From the NCBI GenBank assembly GCA_050259595.1, contig JBLNAX010000068.1, forward strand, positions 3,905 through 67,904: a stretch of 64,000 nucleotides of DNA, read 5' to 3'. The position numbers and the translations under genes were made by a program. Source of the DNA: Acidobacteriota bacterium (GTDB lineage: Bacteria > Bacillota > Syntrophomonadia > Syntrophomonadales > DTU052). Shown here piece after piece: positions 36,947 to 44,422 of the stretch. The first letter of the stretch is position 1; each line of letters begins with the position of its first letter. Below the pieces are notes generated by a model. It had not been told where the DNA came from and did not search any database. It worked only from the letters and a program-made list of their open reading frames with translations.

Positions 36947-37022
36947 TGGCGACCCCGACCGGATTTGAACCGGCGATCTCTGGCGTGACAAGCCAGCATT
37001 CTAGCCCCTGAACTACGGAGTC
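36947..37022 (-). tRNA. tRNA-Asp(GTC)
   Basis: Anticodon arm CTGGC-TTGTCAC-GCCAG, discriminator G, encoded CCA. Confidence 0.85.
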
Positions 37023-37029
37023 ATATTTA

Positions 37030-37116
37030 TGGAGGCGTGGACGGGGTTTGAACCCGCGCGGGCGCTATGCCCATCAGCTTGAAAGGCTGACCTCTGTACC
37101 ATTCGAGTACCACGCC
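37030..37116 (-). tRNA. class II-shaped tRNA (87 nt, long variable arm) carrying Glu anticodon TTC
   Basis: GGCGTGG-TA-CTCGAATGGTACAGAG-G-TCAGC-CTTTCAA-GCTGA-TGGGCATAGCGCCCGC-GCGGG-TTCAAAC-CCCGT-CCACGCC-T-CCA. It has a 3-bp D-stem, a 16-nt variable arm and discriminator U. Confidence 0.6.
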
Positions 37117-37129
37117 ATGCTGTTATATA

Positions 37130-37217
37130 TGGTGCCACCGGAGGGAATCGCACCCACTCGGGTCAATTGACGACGGATTTACAGTCCGCCCCGTCTGCTT
37201 TAACGGTCTACGATGGC
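37130..37217 (-). tRNA. tRNA-Tyr(GTA)
   Basis: An 88-nt class II tRNA with anticodon arm GCGGA-CTGTAAA-TCCGT, a 15-nt variable arm and discriminator A. The T-loop TGCGATT is atypical. Confidence 0.78.
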
Positions 37218-37226
37218 ATATTCATT

Positions 37227-37304
37227 TGGAGAACGGGGTGGGATTCGACCCCACGAGTCCATGGTTTTGCAGACCAGGCCATTAGGCCTCTCTGGCACCC
37301 GTTC
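37227..37304 (-). tRNA. tRNA-Cys(GCA)
   Basis: Anticodon loop CTGCAAA and discriminator U73 (a Cys identity element). Acceptor GAACGGG/CCCGTTC. The T-loop GTCGAAT is atypical. Confidence 0.75.
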
Positions 37305-37312
37305 ATATATTT

Positions 37313-37386
37313 TGGAGCGAGCAGTCAGACTCGAACTGACATCTCTGGCTTGGAAGGCCAGGGCACACCCTTTATACCATACCCGC
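37313..37386 (-). tRNA. tRNA-Gly(TCC)
   Basis: A 74-nt tRNA with anticodon arm CTGGC-CTTCCAA-GCCAG, a 4-nt variable loop and discriminator U73. Confidence 0.82.
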
Positions 37387-37396
37387 TTAATTATCA

Positions 37397-37475
37397 TGGC
37401 ACCGGTGGAGAGATTCGAACTCCCAAAACCTACTGGTTCGTAGCCAGCCGCTCTCTCCAGTTGAGCTACACCGGC
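37397..37475 (-). tRNA. tRNA-Arg(ACG)
   Basis: Anticodon arm GCTGG-CTACGAA-CCAGT, D-arm GCTCAACTGGAGAGAGC and a 7-nt variable loop. Confidence 0.8.
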
Positions 37476-37480
37476 ATTAT

Positions 37481-37571
37481 TGGCACGGGTGGAAGGAGTT
37501 GAACCCTCACAAGCCTTATAGGGGCCTTCGGATTTGGAGTCCGCTGCTCTGCCAGTTGGAGCTACACCCGT
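37481..37571 (-). tRNA. tRNA-Trp(CCA) carrying a 19-nt extra arm in the variable region (91 nt)
   Basis: ACGGGTG-TA-GCTCCAACTGGCAGAGC-A-GCGGA-CTCCAAA-TCCGA-[AGGCC-CCTATAA-GGCTT-GT]-GAGGG-TTCAACT-CCTTC-CACCCGT-G-CCA. The reading is confirmed by the minus-strand track translation CTGVAPTGRAADSKSEGPYKACEGSTPSTRA. Confidence 0.65.
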
Positions 37572-37580
37572 GCATTCGTA

Positions 37581-37618
37581 TATAAAAATAAAACCGAGTG
37601 CGATGTACACACTCGGTT
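37581..37618 (-). terminator. hairpin + U-tract just upstream of the first tRNA of the array
   Basis: AACCGAGTG-9 nt-CACTCGGTT. On the minus strand it is followed by TTATTTTTATA, ending about 10 nt before the tRNA-Trp 5' end. Confidence 0.45.
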
Positions 37619-37937
37619 CGAAAAATCTTCTACTTCGGTTGTTAATCACACGTTACGTTATTCGCTTCCCCCTGTTTGATCCCAGCATTGTATATTGTTT
37701 CGGATCGAATTGGGCGCAGTCTATCGAGCCAGAGAACAGACGCTCTGACCAGCGAATACTGAGACTATTTTGTTGGCTATTCAATAAGTGCCTCAACGCT
37801 GCACCCTCCTCTTGTATACAATATACATTAGCATAATAAAACCAAAACAATACAATGTCAACCACTTTTTAGATATTTGTCCTATATTATCATTTTCAAT
37901 TCAGTTCGGAAAGTCTGTAGAACTGTAGGTGATCGGT

Positions 37938-38951
37938 TCACCATAAATGCGTCCAGAATTCTGGCTCGTATGGCTTAAAATCAATGGCTTTATAGACGAA
38001 GGCATTATCTTTGTATTGATATGTAATGGTAAATGTACCGACATAATTGTCTGTATAATGGGTGCTGGCTTCTATCTTACAAATAATCTCGCCGTTTTTA
38101 TTAACAGCGAACTCATTCACTTCACTTGTAAACTGTTTATCAATATCCATAATTGCACCAGGAGGACAATATTTCTTCATCGGGTAACGCATTGTGTGGT
38201 TGTTGATATGAACCGTAATGTGCTTTTTGCTTAGAGAATTGGAACTGTGCCCAGCCCAAAGCTTGAAAGGGTCGTCAATAGGGATCTCCTTACCTGAGTC
38301 AGGATTCATAATGTGCGCCACATATAATGAACAGCCTGTTCCAGAACCTACAGGGACAAACACAGCAACCTCGGGTTTTTTATCCTGATCCCAATCATTA
38401 ACAGCCAGTTCGGGCATCACACCTCTGGGCAGCCGCGGAATATCAAAATATACTGAGCATGAAGTAGACTTGCTTGTTAGTTTAACCCCTTGATAATAAT
38501 ATTTAAGTGAATCAGCAGTTAATTTAAATCCATCGTCTTTTGAACTTGCTAGAATGTTAGTTTCTGTGGCTAGGGTAGCTGGGTCAAGCCAATATGAAAC
38601 CCTGCTATCATCCTTTCCCTGTGGCGGAGGATATAGGACAACCGCCAAAGGCGGCGTATGGGCAGAAGTATACCCTTCTTGCCAAATCTCGGGCATTTTA
38701 TTAGGATCAGTACTGGTCTTCCACGGAAGCTTACGTAAACGGCCATGTCCCTCAAGGATTAAATCGGTGTAGTAGTTGTTCTCAAGATTGGTTGCATATA
38801 ACGATACGCCTTCATATTGGGCTAAAAGTTTTTTAAAGGAGGAATTTGCAGGCCCTTCAACTTGTTTTTGTGAGTGAGAATCTGAACAGCCTCCGATGAG
38901 AAGAACAAGGATAGATAAAAGCAAGAAGCCGGTAAGATTGAGCTTTCGCAT
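37938..38951 (-). CDS. lipoprotein, function unknown
   Basis: An internal ATG gives MRKLNLTGFLLLSILVLLIGGCSDS, a signal peptide with lipobox L-I-G-G-C. The track ORF extends to 38981. Confidence 0.7.
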   Translation of the reverse strand: MRKLNLTGFLLLSILVLLIGGCSDSHSQKQVEGPANSSFKKLLAQYEGVSLYATNLENNYYTDLILEGHGRLRKLPWKTSTDPNKMPEIWQEGYTSAHTPPLAVVLYPPPQGKDDSRVSYWLDPATLATETNILASSKDDGFKLTADSLKYYYQGVKLTSKSTSCSVYFDIPRLPRGVMPELAVNDWDQDKKPEVAVFVPVGSGTGCSLYVAHIMNPDSGKEIPIDDPFKLWAGHSSNSLSKKHITVHINNHTMRYPMKKYCPPGAIMDIDKQFTSEVNEFAVNKNGEIICKIEASTHYTDNYVGTFTITYQYKDNAFVYKAIDFKPYEPEFWTHLW

Positions 38952-38965
38952 GGCGCCTCCAATAT

Positions 38966-39394
38966 CTAACAACGATTCCACTTGTCATCTTCCATGATTC
39001 TATCAATGATATGATTATCTGCCCAAACAGCTGTTACCTCCAGCCCTTCACAGTCAGCTTTGGTTGATGGCTTTATTTCCCCGCGATAATATACAGAGTA
39101 CTCACCTGATATAGCATCTACAATACATGAAGGTGGCGGCCACTCCTCATCTTCATTGAGAAATGGGCGGTGATCAACTTTTGGCCAATTCCCCGACTTG
39201 AGTACATAATCGTAAACTCCAACCATGAACTGGTATTCCTCGCAGTTAGGTAGGTCTTCCACTGATCCTCCGAGGTGCTTGTAGATTGCAATGGTTGCAT
39301 CCCGAAAAATTCTTCCAAATGCCCATTGCCCATTTGGAAGTGGAATAGCATATACATCTCCAATCTTCTTTCGCTTTCCGAGTTTTCTAGTCAT
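38966..39394 (-). CDS. putative polymorphic-toxin immunity protein (Imm26-like)
   Basis: The N-terminus KRKKIGDVYAIPLPNGQWAFGRIF...IAIYK resembles the Imm26 family as I remember it. It is a small cytoplasmic protein. Confidence 0.4.
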   Translation of the reverse strand: MTRKLGKRKKIGDVYAIPLPNGQWAFGRIFRDATIAIYKHLGGSVEDLPNCEEYQFMVGVYDYVLKSGNWPKVDHRPFLNEDEEWPPPSCIVDAISGEYSVYYRGEIKPSTKADCEGLEVTAVWADNHIIDRIMEDDKWNRC

Positions 39395-39656
39395 GTTAAA
39401 GATAACACCTCAATGCTTCTTCTTATCCTTGGAATGTTTTCTCTACAAGGATAGAAATTCCTACTAGGAAAGGAGATCGTAGTCCTTAATCTGTCATTCC
39501 TGGAACCCAATTCGTATCAATCCCGTCCAATAAATGGGTAAATCACTTATCGCATTTTGGAGTTTAGATAAATCTCTAAGTGTATATGCAGCATGAATGG
39601 CCCGCAATTGGGCCTTTTTTATTTGTTTAGATGGACTTCTGGATGGGAGAACAATT

Positions 39657-40274
39657 ATGAGAAATATTGTTGAAGATGAAAGATATCAAAAAGAACGAAA
39701 AGAAATGGAGAGCTACTTTACTCCAAAATATTTGGTCCCGAATGATACCGAGACCATTGAATCTCCTTATGGTCGCTACTCGCTGACTATTGAGTATTAT
39801 AAACGTGATTTAGATGACCATTATAATAAGTATTCTAAAGGCATAATCAGAGATGGAGACAGGGAGTTAGCAGTAATTAAAAGAAACTATCTGCATTTCC
39901 CATATTGTTGGATTCAAACCGCTGATAAACAGGATTACTTAATTTGTGGAGAGGATTATCAGGGACTTTCAATTGTTAATTTGAAAACTGGTGAAGTACT
40001 CCACTATGTACCCGAAGCTGCCTATGAAGGTAGAGGTTTTTGTTGGGTTGTGATACACCATTTAAATGGCAACGATATAATCGCAGTCGAAGGATGTTAT
40101 TGGGGAAGTGAATACGAAATAGTGTTCTTTGACATCTCAGAAATTATGAAGCTCCCAAATAGAGAGATCTGTAGGGTGTCAGGTCATGGAGATGTAGTTG
40201 GTTGGGTGAATCCAAGAGAATTCGCCTACTATGATGAAGATAAAAACTATAAAACTGTGAAGCTAGACGATTGA
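39657..40274 (+). CDS. hypothetical protein
   Basis: ATG lies 7 nt after GGGAGA; the track ORF starts at 39597. No motif was recognised. Confidence 0.5.
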   Translation: MRNIVEDERYQKERKEMESYFTPKYLVPNDTETIESPYGRYSLTIEYYKRDLDDHYNKYSKGIIRDGDRELAVIKRNYLHFPYCWIQTADKQDYLICGEDYQGLSIVNLKTGEVLHYVPEAAYEGRGFCWVVIHHLNGNDIIAVEGCYWGSEYEIVFFDISEIMKLPNREICRVSGHGDVVGWVNPREFAYYDEDKNYKTVKLDD

Positions 40275-40283
40275 GGATAATGC

Positions 40284-41531
40284 ATGGCTAAACTAGATGA
40301 TTTCAATAACATAAACATCCCGGTGCGGTTTTTCCGGAACCCAGACGTCAAATTTGAGAACAATGCTCTGGATGAACTCAAGAGTTTGCTCAATATATCT
40401 AGTACAATTGAGCACTTAAAAGAGTCAGATAAGGGTTTCTTTTCAAATATTGATGCTTGTGTTGAGGAGGTGGCCATTACCCCCGATTTTCATAAAGGAG
40501 CAGGAATTCCTATTGGGACTGTTATGCTGACCCAGGGATTGATTATACCGCAAGCCATCGGAAACGATGTTAATTGTGGGATGAGACTCTATGTAACTGA
40601 CCTTAATGAAGAAGCGATAAGATCAGTACTGCCGTATTTGGAGAATACAATTCGCCACGTCTTCTTTGAAGGTGGACAGAACATTCCAATGACTCGTATT
40701 CAGAGAGAAGCACTTTTAAAAGAAGGTCTTTTAGGGCTTCTTGAGACATCAAATATAGGCCAGAAAAAAGGCTTATGGCAATATTACCAGCGTGAGCAGC
40801 AGGAGTCCGAGATTGAGAATGTAAGCAGTATGGGGTCAATGATTGCTGATTCAGTGATTGGTCTGGACGATTTCTTAGGGATTAACGAGCTCTCGTACGA
40901 TGGGCAGATTGGTTCAATTGGAGGCGGAAATCACTTTGTTGAAGTCCAGACTGTCTCAAAGATATTGGATAGCCAGGTTGCTAATGCCTGGGGCTTGAAG
41001 AAAGATCAGATAGTGATAATGATTCACACTGGTTCGGTAATGATAGGACACCACAGTGGTTCATATTTTAAGGATATTGTTAAGAGTATCTACCCTAAGA
41101 ATCTTAAACATCCCGATAATGGTATATACATATTGCCGGATTCTGAGCAGTTCATTAATCAGTGGGATATGTTTTGGAACCTGCTGTCAAACGCTGCTAA
41201 CTTTGCGTTTGGTAACCGCCTATTCCTTGGTCTAATGCTTAAAAGGGCATTAGTTGAGACTATTGGGGAGTTTGATTGCAGGTTACTATATGATTCCCCC
41301 CATAACCTGGTTTGGAAAGAGAATATAGATGGCAAGAGCTATTATCTGCACCGGAAGGGTGCCTGCCCGGCTAGGAGCATGAGCCAAATGACAGGAACCA
41401 AGTTCGAGTATTATGGGGAACCTGTATTCCTGCCTGGGTCGATGGGATCATCCAGTTTTGTACTCGCAGGTCTTGGTAATAGGCAGAGCCTTTTTAGTGC
41501 TAGTCATGGTGCCGGGAACCTATCTTGTTGA
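40284..41531 (+). pseudogene. rtcB: RtcB-family RNA ligase, apparently C-terminally truncated
   Basis: RtcB motifs are present: PDFHKGAGIPIGTV, NDVNCGMRL, GGGNHFVEVQ, HTGS, HNLVW, LPGSMGSSSFVL and SHGAGN. The ORF stops 4 codons after HGAG, whereas family members normally continue for about 60-80 aa. Confidence 0.6.
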
Positions 41532-41803
41532 GATGGATAAATTTTAGCAAGAGCAGAGACTGTCTTGGGTATGAAGCAACAATTAAACACTATGAAAAGA
41601 TGCTACAAACTTGCCATCCTACCAATGTTGGACATGTTGAACAACTACTAGCTAACGCTAAAAACCATTCAGGGGCAACACTTCTAGATATAATAATCGA
41701 AATAATCGTGGATACGGACAATTCCGGGCATGACTGCAAGTTGATAACTGATGAGTAAAGGCATTTAACGTCCCATAAGTAAAGGTTGATGTCAAGATCA
41801 ACC

Positions 41804-42013
41804 TTACAACATCATCATCTCCATTTTGTGTCTTGCCTTCTCCTGGTCCGGATTAGTGTAAAGCAAATTGGTATGGATGTTGCTGTGACCGGCCTGGTTG
41901 GCTACTTCATGGATGCTGAAGACCTTTTCAATGGCGTTGGTGCAGAAGAAGTGGTGCAACTGGTGGGGAGCTTTACAACAAATGAAACATCGAGCTGGCC
42001 TGACGGGTCGCAT
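41804..42013 (-). pseudogene. remnant of a tyrosine recombinase C-terminus
   Basis: LHHFFCTNAIEKVFSIHEVANQAGHSNIHTNLLYT parallels the integrase HxxR...GH...Y box (compare [38 protein letters not shown] at 24518-25669). There is no N-terminal domain. Confidence 0.5.
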
Positions 42014-42095
42014 TTAGCGCCTTTTCAAATTCTCTTTCTGTTATGGCTCTGCATATCTCTGGTAAGATTGAATAAAGGGGAGAGGGGGATGCCCA

Positions 42096-43058
42096 ATGGC
42101 AAAAAGTGATAATATGCTGGCGATCCTACGGATGCTTAATTCAGGATCAAAAATAACTGCGAAGCAAATAGCTGAAAAATTAGAGATAAATATACGGACC
42201 GTTTATCGTTATATTGATTCGCTGTGCGCAAGCGGTGTACCGATTATATCAGATACAGGACAGAACGGCGGATATAGTTTACTGAACAACTTTATTCATG
42301 CGCCTTTATTTTTTGATATTGAAGAACAAAAAGCATTGCTTCATGCAGCCGTATTTGCCAACGAAGCAGGATACCCTTTCAGTGAGGCGCTAAACAATGC
42401 GACACAAAAACTGAAAATGTATTCTAACCGGGAACAGGAAAGTATCCTCAAACGCCACTTAGCCGGTTTCGAAGTGATAAACCTTGATATTGCCCCGTCT
42501 GTTAAGTTGACATTGGAAGAACTTGAGCGAGCTATAGCCAACGAATGTTCTGTAGAAATTGAATACCGTACACGCCATGAAGAAAAACCCCAGTCAAGAT
42601 TGATTGACCCTTATGGAATGTTCTTTTGGAACAATAAATGGTATACAGTTGGATTTTGCCATCTTCGAAATGATATAAGAAGCTTTCGAGCCGAACGGAT
42701 TATTCGGATACAACGGACGCAAATGACGTTTAAAAGGCCGGAAGCCTTTTCTGCCAGGAAATATTTTATGCAAAATCTTTTACCGGATTCTAAAAGTGAA
42801 GCTGGTGTGGTGTCATTAATTATTAGTGGCCGATCAGAAGCTCTGGACGATTTGTGCGTTCATTGGTTCTTAGGACATTATTTGAAAGAACGTTCATCTA
42901 ATCAAGCAGTTTTTTTGCTTGACGAAAGAGCACTTCATGCATATGTACCTTCTTTTCTTCTATCTTATGGAGAGGCTTTTCAAGTGATAGAACCGCAGAG
43001 TTTAAAGAAAAAGCTTGTTTCTGTTGCATCGAGATTACTGGAATATTATCAATTATGA
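42096..43058 (+). CDS. YafY-family transcriptional regulator (HTH + WYL domain)
   Basis: N-terminal MLAILRMLNSGSKITAKQIAEKLEINIRTVYRYIDSL. The central WYL-type segment is DPYGMFFWNNKWYTVGFCHLRNDIRSFRAERI. Confidence 0.85.
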   Translation: MAKSDNMLAILRMLNSGSKITAKQIAEKLEINIRTVYRYIDSLCASGVPIISDTGQNGGYSLLNNFIHAPLFFDIEEQKALLHAAVFANEAGYPFSEALNNATQKLKMYSNREQESILKRHLAGFEVINLDIAPSVKLTLEELERAIANECSVEIEYRTRHEEKPQSRLIDPYGMFFWNNKWYTVGFCHLRNDIRSFRAERIIRIQRTQMTFKRPEAFSARKYFMQNLLPDSKSEAGVVSLIISGRSEALDDLCVHWFLGHYLKERSSNQAVFLLDERALHAYVPSFLLSYGEAFQVIEPQSLKKKLVSVASRLLEYYQL

Positions 43059-43171
43059 TAGCTTCACTGACAGTAGTTGTCAGTGAAGCTGTTTTATTAT
43101 GAAGATATACATCGTTCGTTATCACGGATTGATGTCCGATTATTGTTTATAAAATTATAGAATGGGAGGAC

Positions 43172-43804
43172 ATGCCTATGAATAGCGTCGTATATCTTTA
43201 TGTGTTTGATACATTGGCAGATTGGGAAGTAGGTTATTTAACTGCTGAACTGAACTCCGGAAGATACTTTAAGAAAGGATTAACCCCATCAAAAATTGTT
43301 ACGGTGGGAACTAATAAGGCTCCTGTTATTACAATGGGGGGCTTAAAAATATTGCCGGATATTGAGCTTGATGCGTGTCACATCGAAAAAGCAGATGCCT
43401 TGATTTTACCTGGCGGAGATACATGGACGGAGACAATTCATGAACCTATATTATCCAAGGCGGAGCAGTGTTTAAAGGAAGGTATTATTGTAGCTGCTAT
43501 TTGTGGTGCTACAATAGGCCTTGCTCGGAAAGGATTGCTAGATTCAAACTGGCATACCAGCAATAACTTGGAATATCTTAAAATGATCTGCCCGAATTAT
43601 GCGGGAGAAGAGTACTACAAGCAGGAGCCCGCCATAACTGATGAAAAACTGATAACTGCTTCCGGAATCGCTCCATTGGAATTTTCCGCAAATGTGCTGA
43701 GAGCTTTGGACGTGTTTTCTACACAGACATTAGATGCCTGGTATCATCTCTTTAAAACTCATGAATCCAAATATTATTTCGAGTTAATGGATTCAATCCA
43801 ATAA
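43172..43804 (+). CDS. DJ-1/PfpI family (type 1 glutamine amidotransferase-like) protein
   Basis: ALILPGGDTW and the nucleophile-elbow segment VAAICGATIGLARKGLL. Confidence 0.8.
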   Translation: MPMNSVVYLYVFDTLADWEVGYLTAELNSGRYFKKGLTPSKIVTVGTNKAPVITMGGLKILPDIELDACHIEKADALILPGGDTWTETIHEPILSKAEQCLKEGIIVAAICGATIGLARKGLLDSNWHTSNNLEYLKMICPNYAGEEYYKQEPAITDEKLITASGIAPLEFSANVLRALDVFSTQTLDAWYHLFKTHESKYYFELMDSIQ

Positions 43805-44422
43805 AGAAGGTGAAGGTAGAACACCGGCTTTACACTCATTAGTGAAAGCAATTGCCGTAGGTTGTATAAGGGCAATAGGATTTGTAATTATGATAATCGA
43901 GTGGCAATAGGTATCGATTTTAAAGCCGACCCCCTGGGGATCGGCTTAATCCTTTCTTGAAGCCTATCAGTTGTGTTGCATAGCTATGTAATTGATTCTC
44001 TATAAATTGTGTTGCATTCAATGGTTGATTTATTACTATTTCATGGGCTTAACGCAACATAATTTACATTGAGTTGCAGTAGAACTTTTTGATTAGTTAA
44101 GCTGGTAGACTTCCTTTATTTAAAAGTCTTAAAAGCATCCTTTCTAAAGTTTTATTTAGGGCCTATGAACAAGATCTAAAGCCCTTCCTCGGAAAAGCTT
44201 TTTTCCCATAGGGATACACTGTCGTTTCTAAAGAAATCTTGATAATTTACTTAGTTTGAGATGAATCGGCATCAATGAACATATATAGCATTAATTCGAC
44301 ATATAAACTTATTTTACACCCCTTACAACAAATGCAAGATAATGTCATGATGGAGAAAGATTTCACTATCATATTATGGGAATATATGTCATTTATTAAG
44401 TGTAAATAGGGGTGTTGGGAAA

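Noticed and set aside
34812-37571. The regular ~80-95-nt periodicity could suggest a CRISPR array or satellite.
   Set aside because: Each unit folds as a distinct cloverleaf with its own anticodon and CCA. No conserved direct repeat alternates with unique spacers.
34712-37649. Track ORFs 34712-35068, 35237-35506, 35256-35438, 36727-36999, 36760-37011, 37167-37502, 37200-37649 and 37213-37443.
   Set aside because: They run straight through back-to-back tRNA genes, with no Shine-Dalgarno sequence and low-complexity translations. They are read-through artefacts of the tRNA array. I used them only to cross-check my base reading.
38941-39180. My hand count of bases in these four sequence lines is offset by 1 nt from the ORF-track frames (an apparent extra G near 38940 and a missing T near 39181).
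   Set aside because: Both track ORFs translate cleanly only with the track coordinates. I treat this as my own reading error, not a frameshift, and I used the track coordinates for the two genes.
39598-39620. A plus-strand hairpin with a T-tract (GGCCCGCAATTGGGCC-TTTTTT), considered as a terminator.
   Set aside because: No plus-strand gene ends upstream of it. It lies in the divergent promoter region between 39394 and 39657, so a terminator role is unsupported.
41525-42109. Track ORFs 41525-41758 and 41786-42109.
   Set aside because: The first follows the truncated rtcB with no Shine-Dalgarno sequence or recognisable motif. The second is antisense to the integrase remnant. Both are more likely junk within a decayed region.
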